DNA from: Ranitomeya imitator
Taxonomy: Eukaryota
Direction of reading: 5' to 3'
Assembly (NCBI RefSeq): GCF_032444005.1
Contig: NC_091285.1
Coordinates: forward strand, 228,346,001 to 228,410,000
Length of the DNA: 64,000 nt
A program made the translations under genes and the position numbers. Below the pieces are notes generated by a model. That model searched no databases, was not told the origin of the DNA, and worked only from the letters and a program-made list of their open reading frames with translations. Below are positions 60,239 through 64,000 of the stretch, piece by piece. Numbering within the stretch: position 1 is the first letter of the stretch; each line of letters opens with the position of its first letter.

Positions 60239-60683
60239 TTAGTTAACTGATGATGAGAAAATTTATATCTTTATCAATTTAATTTGAGAAGATTAACACA
60301 AAGAAATGTGCAGGGAAAGTTATTTCAGTTGATTACATAAGCTGGTCACATAGTAGTAAAATAGGTTTAGATTAAATGGAAAGTTCCTGTAGTGAAAGTG
60401 GAACAATGATTAAAACTGCTTTATTTTCCGGTGTAGAAGGATCTAGGAAACAATTCATCATCAGGACATTATCTAGAGGATGATATGGCATGTGAACCCT
60501 CACGCTCTGTGGTAGCATACCACCTACACTGTAGTATGATATGTATTGCATTGGTCGTTTTTCAGTCCATGGGTCACATTGGAACATGGACGGCAATAAA
60601 CTTATGATATGTTGTGGGCTGCAAACGTATTATTTCTACTACTAACCATAAATTTGGACTCATACACTTACTCTGTTTTACAG

Positions 60684-60810
60684 GTCTGCTTGTTCGTGGC
60701 TCTCTACTACAATGTCATTATTGGATGGAGTCTCTTTTATTTCTCACAGTCCTTCCAACATCCTCTGCCTTGGGACCAATGCCCTTTGGTGAAAAATGCT
60801 TCTTATACCT
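60684..60810 (+). CDS. SLC6A15: SLC6A15 third coding exon
   Basis: ttttacAG acceptor; [42 protein letters not shown]; GTGAGA donor; 127 nt. Confidence 0.96.
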
Positions 60811-60849
60811 GTGAGATATTAACATATTATTATTTACTTGGATTAAAAT

Positions 60850-61160
60850 GAGTGATGAGCGAATATACTCGTTACTCCAGATTTCCCAAGCACGCTCGGG
60901 TGTCCTCCGAGTATTTTTTAGTGCTCAGAGATTTCGTTTTCCTCACCCCAGCTGAATGATTTACAGCTATTAGCCAGGCTAAGTACATGTGGGGGTTGCC
61001 TGGTTGCTAGGGAATCCCCACATGTAATAAAGCAGGCTAGTAGCTGTAAATCATCCAGCTGCGGCGAAGAAAACTAAATCTCCGAGCACTAAAAAATACT
61101 TGGAGGACACCCGAGCATGCTTGGGAAATCTCGAGTAACGAGTATATTCGCTCATCACTA
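60850..61160. mobile_element. Near-palindromic hAT MITE
   Basis: TIR (T>G)AGTGATGAGCGAATATACTCG / CGAGTATATTCGCTCATCACTA with an 8-bp TSD ATTAAAAT. Confidence 0.92.
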
Positions 61161-61468
61161 ATTAAAATGCATCCCATGGCGTAGATATTAAGGGTAAGTT
61201 CTCATGGGTAGGATGAGCAGTGGATATACTGGTCAGAAAATGATCTGAACGTTTCACTACCAACATAGCGGAAGAGCCTTCATGAATTATCCTTCATACG
61301 CTAAAGAGACAATCAACAGCAGTTTATGATGCAAATATTCATGCAAATGGTGAAATCTGTGGTAAATCTCCAGCATTTATGTAGCAAAAACCACGATTTG
61401 GAACAGAGTCTGTCGCTGTCCACCAAACCATTACTTTTTATATAGTTACTTTTTGGCAACCCTCCTGA

Positions 61469-61929
61469 AGGCAACCTGCCACGTGAAAAAAAGGTATTAA
61501 CCTGCAAATATGGGATTAAATTGTAGGCTAATGGCGTTATGAACCAGCCCGGTGCCCGCACTTTGAGCCCCGATGCCAGGAAGAAACAAACTTTATTCTC
61601 CTGTCAGGGATTGGATTTCAGTCACGGGGCGGGTTCAGTCTGTCTGTGTATAGATAGCGGCGGCGGCAGCCACACCCCACAAACTGACAGCAGCTCAGCA
61701 TTAGTAATTGTCGGGGGCATGTTTACTGCTGTTGTTTTCTATACACAGACTGTACCCTTGCTGCCACCTCCCCCGTGACTAAGCACTGAACGCTGTTGGG
61801 GGATAAAGTTCATTTCCTCTCACAGCGGGGCTCTAAGTGCGTGCGCCGGGCAGGTTCAGAACGCCAATAACCTGCATATTAACCCCGCTCCTGGAGGTTA
61901 TTAGTAATTTTTCACATGACAGGTTTCTA
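61469..61929. mobile_element. Degenerate T2/Kolobok-type MITE
   Basis: AGGCAACCTGCCA ... TGACAGGTTTCTA + TTAA, with internal inverted TATTAACCTGCA motifs. Confidence 0.6.
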
Positions 61930-62342
61930 TTAAGGCACAGCATTCTAGTTGCCTATAGACACCAGGCTTAGATATATCCTGTACAGTTTTTTTTTTTTTT
62001 ATCTTAAAGCAGATGCCATAATATAATGTAGGGGATATATAATTGGTGCAACCAGGGCAGCTGTACAGGGGGCCAAGAAGTAAGGGGATCAACTACCACC
62101 TCCAAAGTAGCTGAAATTATGCATTATGATGAGCTACTGGACTGCAAAGGGTCCAGTTACTGTTCTTGCACAAGGGCCTTCTTCTCTCAGTATACGCCAT
62201 TTTTATCACCTCTCTGAGTCCGTTAATAAGGGGCTAATTATGCGCTATGTGAGGTTTAAATAACTGCAAACACCTGTAAGCTTATGTGTTACACGCCTAG
62301 AAGAATTCATACCATTCATACTACAGTTTTAATGTTTTACAG

Positions 62343-62524
62343 ATATTGAACCTGAATGTGAAAAAAGTTCTGCAACTACTTACTATTGGTACAGAGAGGC
62401 ATTAAATATTTCCAATTCAATCACAGAAGGTGGAGGCCTCAACTGGAAGATGACTCTGTGCTTACTAGCGGCATGGATAATGGTGTGTCTCGCTATGATC
62501 AAAGGCATTCAGTCTTCAGGCAAA
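62343..62524 (+). CDS. SLC6A15: SLC6A15 fourth coding exon
   Basis: gttttacAG acceptor; (Y)[60 protein letters not shown]; GTGAGT donor; 182 nt. The four exons total 756 nt (252 codons). Confidence 0.96.
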
Positions 62525-62877
62525 GTGAGTATATATGAGCAGGCTGGAGACATCCTCCATGTACTGACATCGGTTTATAGGTTCATAAAAAGGGGCAGGG
62601 GGAAACCATGTTAGTTCCATATTATTGTAATTATATTGAGATTACCATATATTGTTACCAGAAAATGTGCAGCATGTTGCAAATCATGCAATATACAATT
62701 CTTATTAGCATAAAATATGCAAAGTATACAGAAAAATGATGGCCTGGTCATTAGCACTTGCCAATCTTCATAAAAGGCATGCATGAATAATATGCACCAA
62801 AATCCTTCACAGGAATATGCTATGCCACATGAATTTGGCACTACTTATGTTGTGTGCCTTTATGTGCCTCGCCTGAA

Positions 62878-64000
62878 ATGCTGCTCTAATTATGAACTAA
62901 AGTAGCATTTCACAACAGAATATAACTCCAAGTAAATCAAACTTCTGTGAAATCAAACTGTCCACTTAGGAAGCAACACTGTTTGACAATCAATTTCACA
63001 TGCTGTTGTGCAAATGGAATAGACAACAGATGGAAATTATTGGTAATTATCAAGACACACTCAATAAAGGAGTGGTTCTGCAGGTGGAGACCACAGATCA
63101 CATCTCAGTACCAATGCTTTCTGGTTGATGTTTTGGTCACTTTTGAATGTTGGTTGTGCTTTCACACTCGTGGTAGCATGAGACGAACTCTATAACCCAC
63201 ACAAGTGTCTCAGGTAGTGCAGCTCATCCAGGATGGCACATCAATGCGAGCTGTGGCAAGAAGGTTTGCTGTGTCTGTCCGCATAGTGTCCAGAGGCTGG
63301 AGGCGCTACCAGGAGACAGGCCAGTACACCAGGAGACATGGAGGTGGCTGTAGGAGGGCAACAACCCAGCAGCAGGACTGCTACCTCAGCCTTTGTGCAA
63401 GGAGGAACAGGAGGAGCACTGCCAGAGCACTGCAAAATGACCTCCAGCAGGCCATAAATGTGCATGTGTCTGCACAAATGGTTAGAAACCGACTCCTTGA
63501 CGATGGTCTGAGTGCCCGACGTCCACAGATGGGGGTTGCACTTACAGGACGCTTTGCATTTGCCACAGAACACCAGGATTGGAAAATTCGCCACTGGCGC
63601 CCTGTGCTCTTCACAGATGAAAGCAGGTTCAAACTGAGCACATGTGACAGACGTGACAGAGTCTCTGGAGATGCTGTGGAGAGCGATCTGCTGCCTGCAA
63701 CATCCTTCAGCATGTCCGGTTTGGCAGTGGGTCAGTAATGGTGTGGGGTGGTATTTCTTTGGTGGGCCGCACAGCCATCCATGTGCTCGCCAGAGGTAGC
63801 CTGACTGCCATTAGATACCGAGATGAGATCCTCAGACCCCTTGTGCAACCATATGCTGGTGTGGTTGGCCCTGGGTTCCTCTTAATGCAGGACAATGCCA
63901 GACCTCATGTGGCTGGAATGTGTCAGCAGTTCCTGCAAGATGAAGGCATTGAAGCTATGGACTGGCCCGCCCGCTCCCCAGACCTGAATCCCACTGAACA
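62878..64000 (+). mobile_element. Decayed Tc1 (fourth family), runs off the window
   Basis: Transposase from ATG 63178 ([43 protein letters not shown]) with frameshifts. Left boundary approximate. Confidence 0.88.

Overview
This is vertebrate genomic DNA, most likely from a frog (inferred from the repeat repertoire), and most of it is transposon-derived. The only host gene I can support is SLC6A15 (B0AT2) on the + strand: four coding exons at 51328-51616, 53239-53396, 60684-60810 and 62343-62524, with canonical GT-AG splice sites and matching phases, giving 252 codons; the gene continues past the window. The standout element is a Neptune-type Penelope-like retroelement (PLE) at 7502-18647. 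It has two ~1.08 kb pseudo-LTRs, each carrying a minimal hammerhead ribozyme with the U3:A8 core variant. Its ORF1 overlaps the RT/GIY-YIG frame, and that frame opens exactly at a U_UUU_UUA slippery heptamer, a candidate -1 frameshift. It also carries a 5' inverted RT fragment and is interrupted by a nested chromoviral Gypsy element. Three Gypsy insertions (two full-length, one solo LTR) all have 6-bp target duplications, and the two full-length ones show compensatory base changes that support Tf1-type self-priming. Also present: six Tc1 copies (one with an intact 340-aa DD34E transposase), a piggyBac-like non-autonomous element carrying telomere-like and ~390-bp tandem repeats, hAT/Harbinger/T2 MITEs, L2 and CR1 fragments, minisatellites, four decayed hammerhead motifs and a 148-N gap. 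All alignments and mismatch counts were done by eye; no database search or folding was run.
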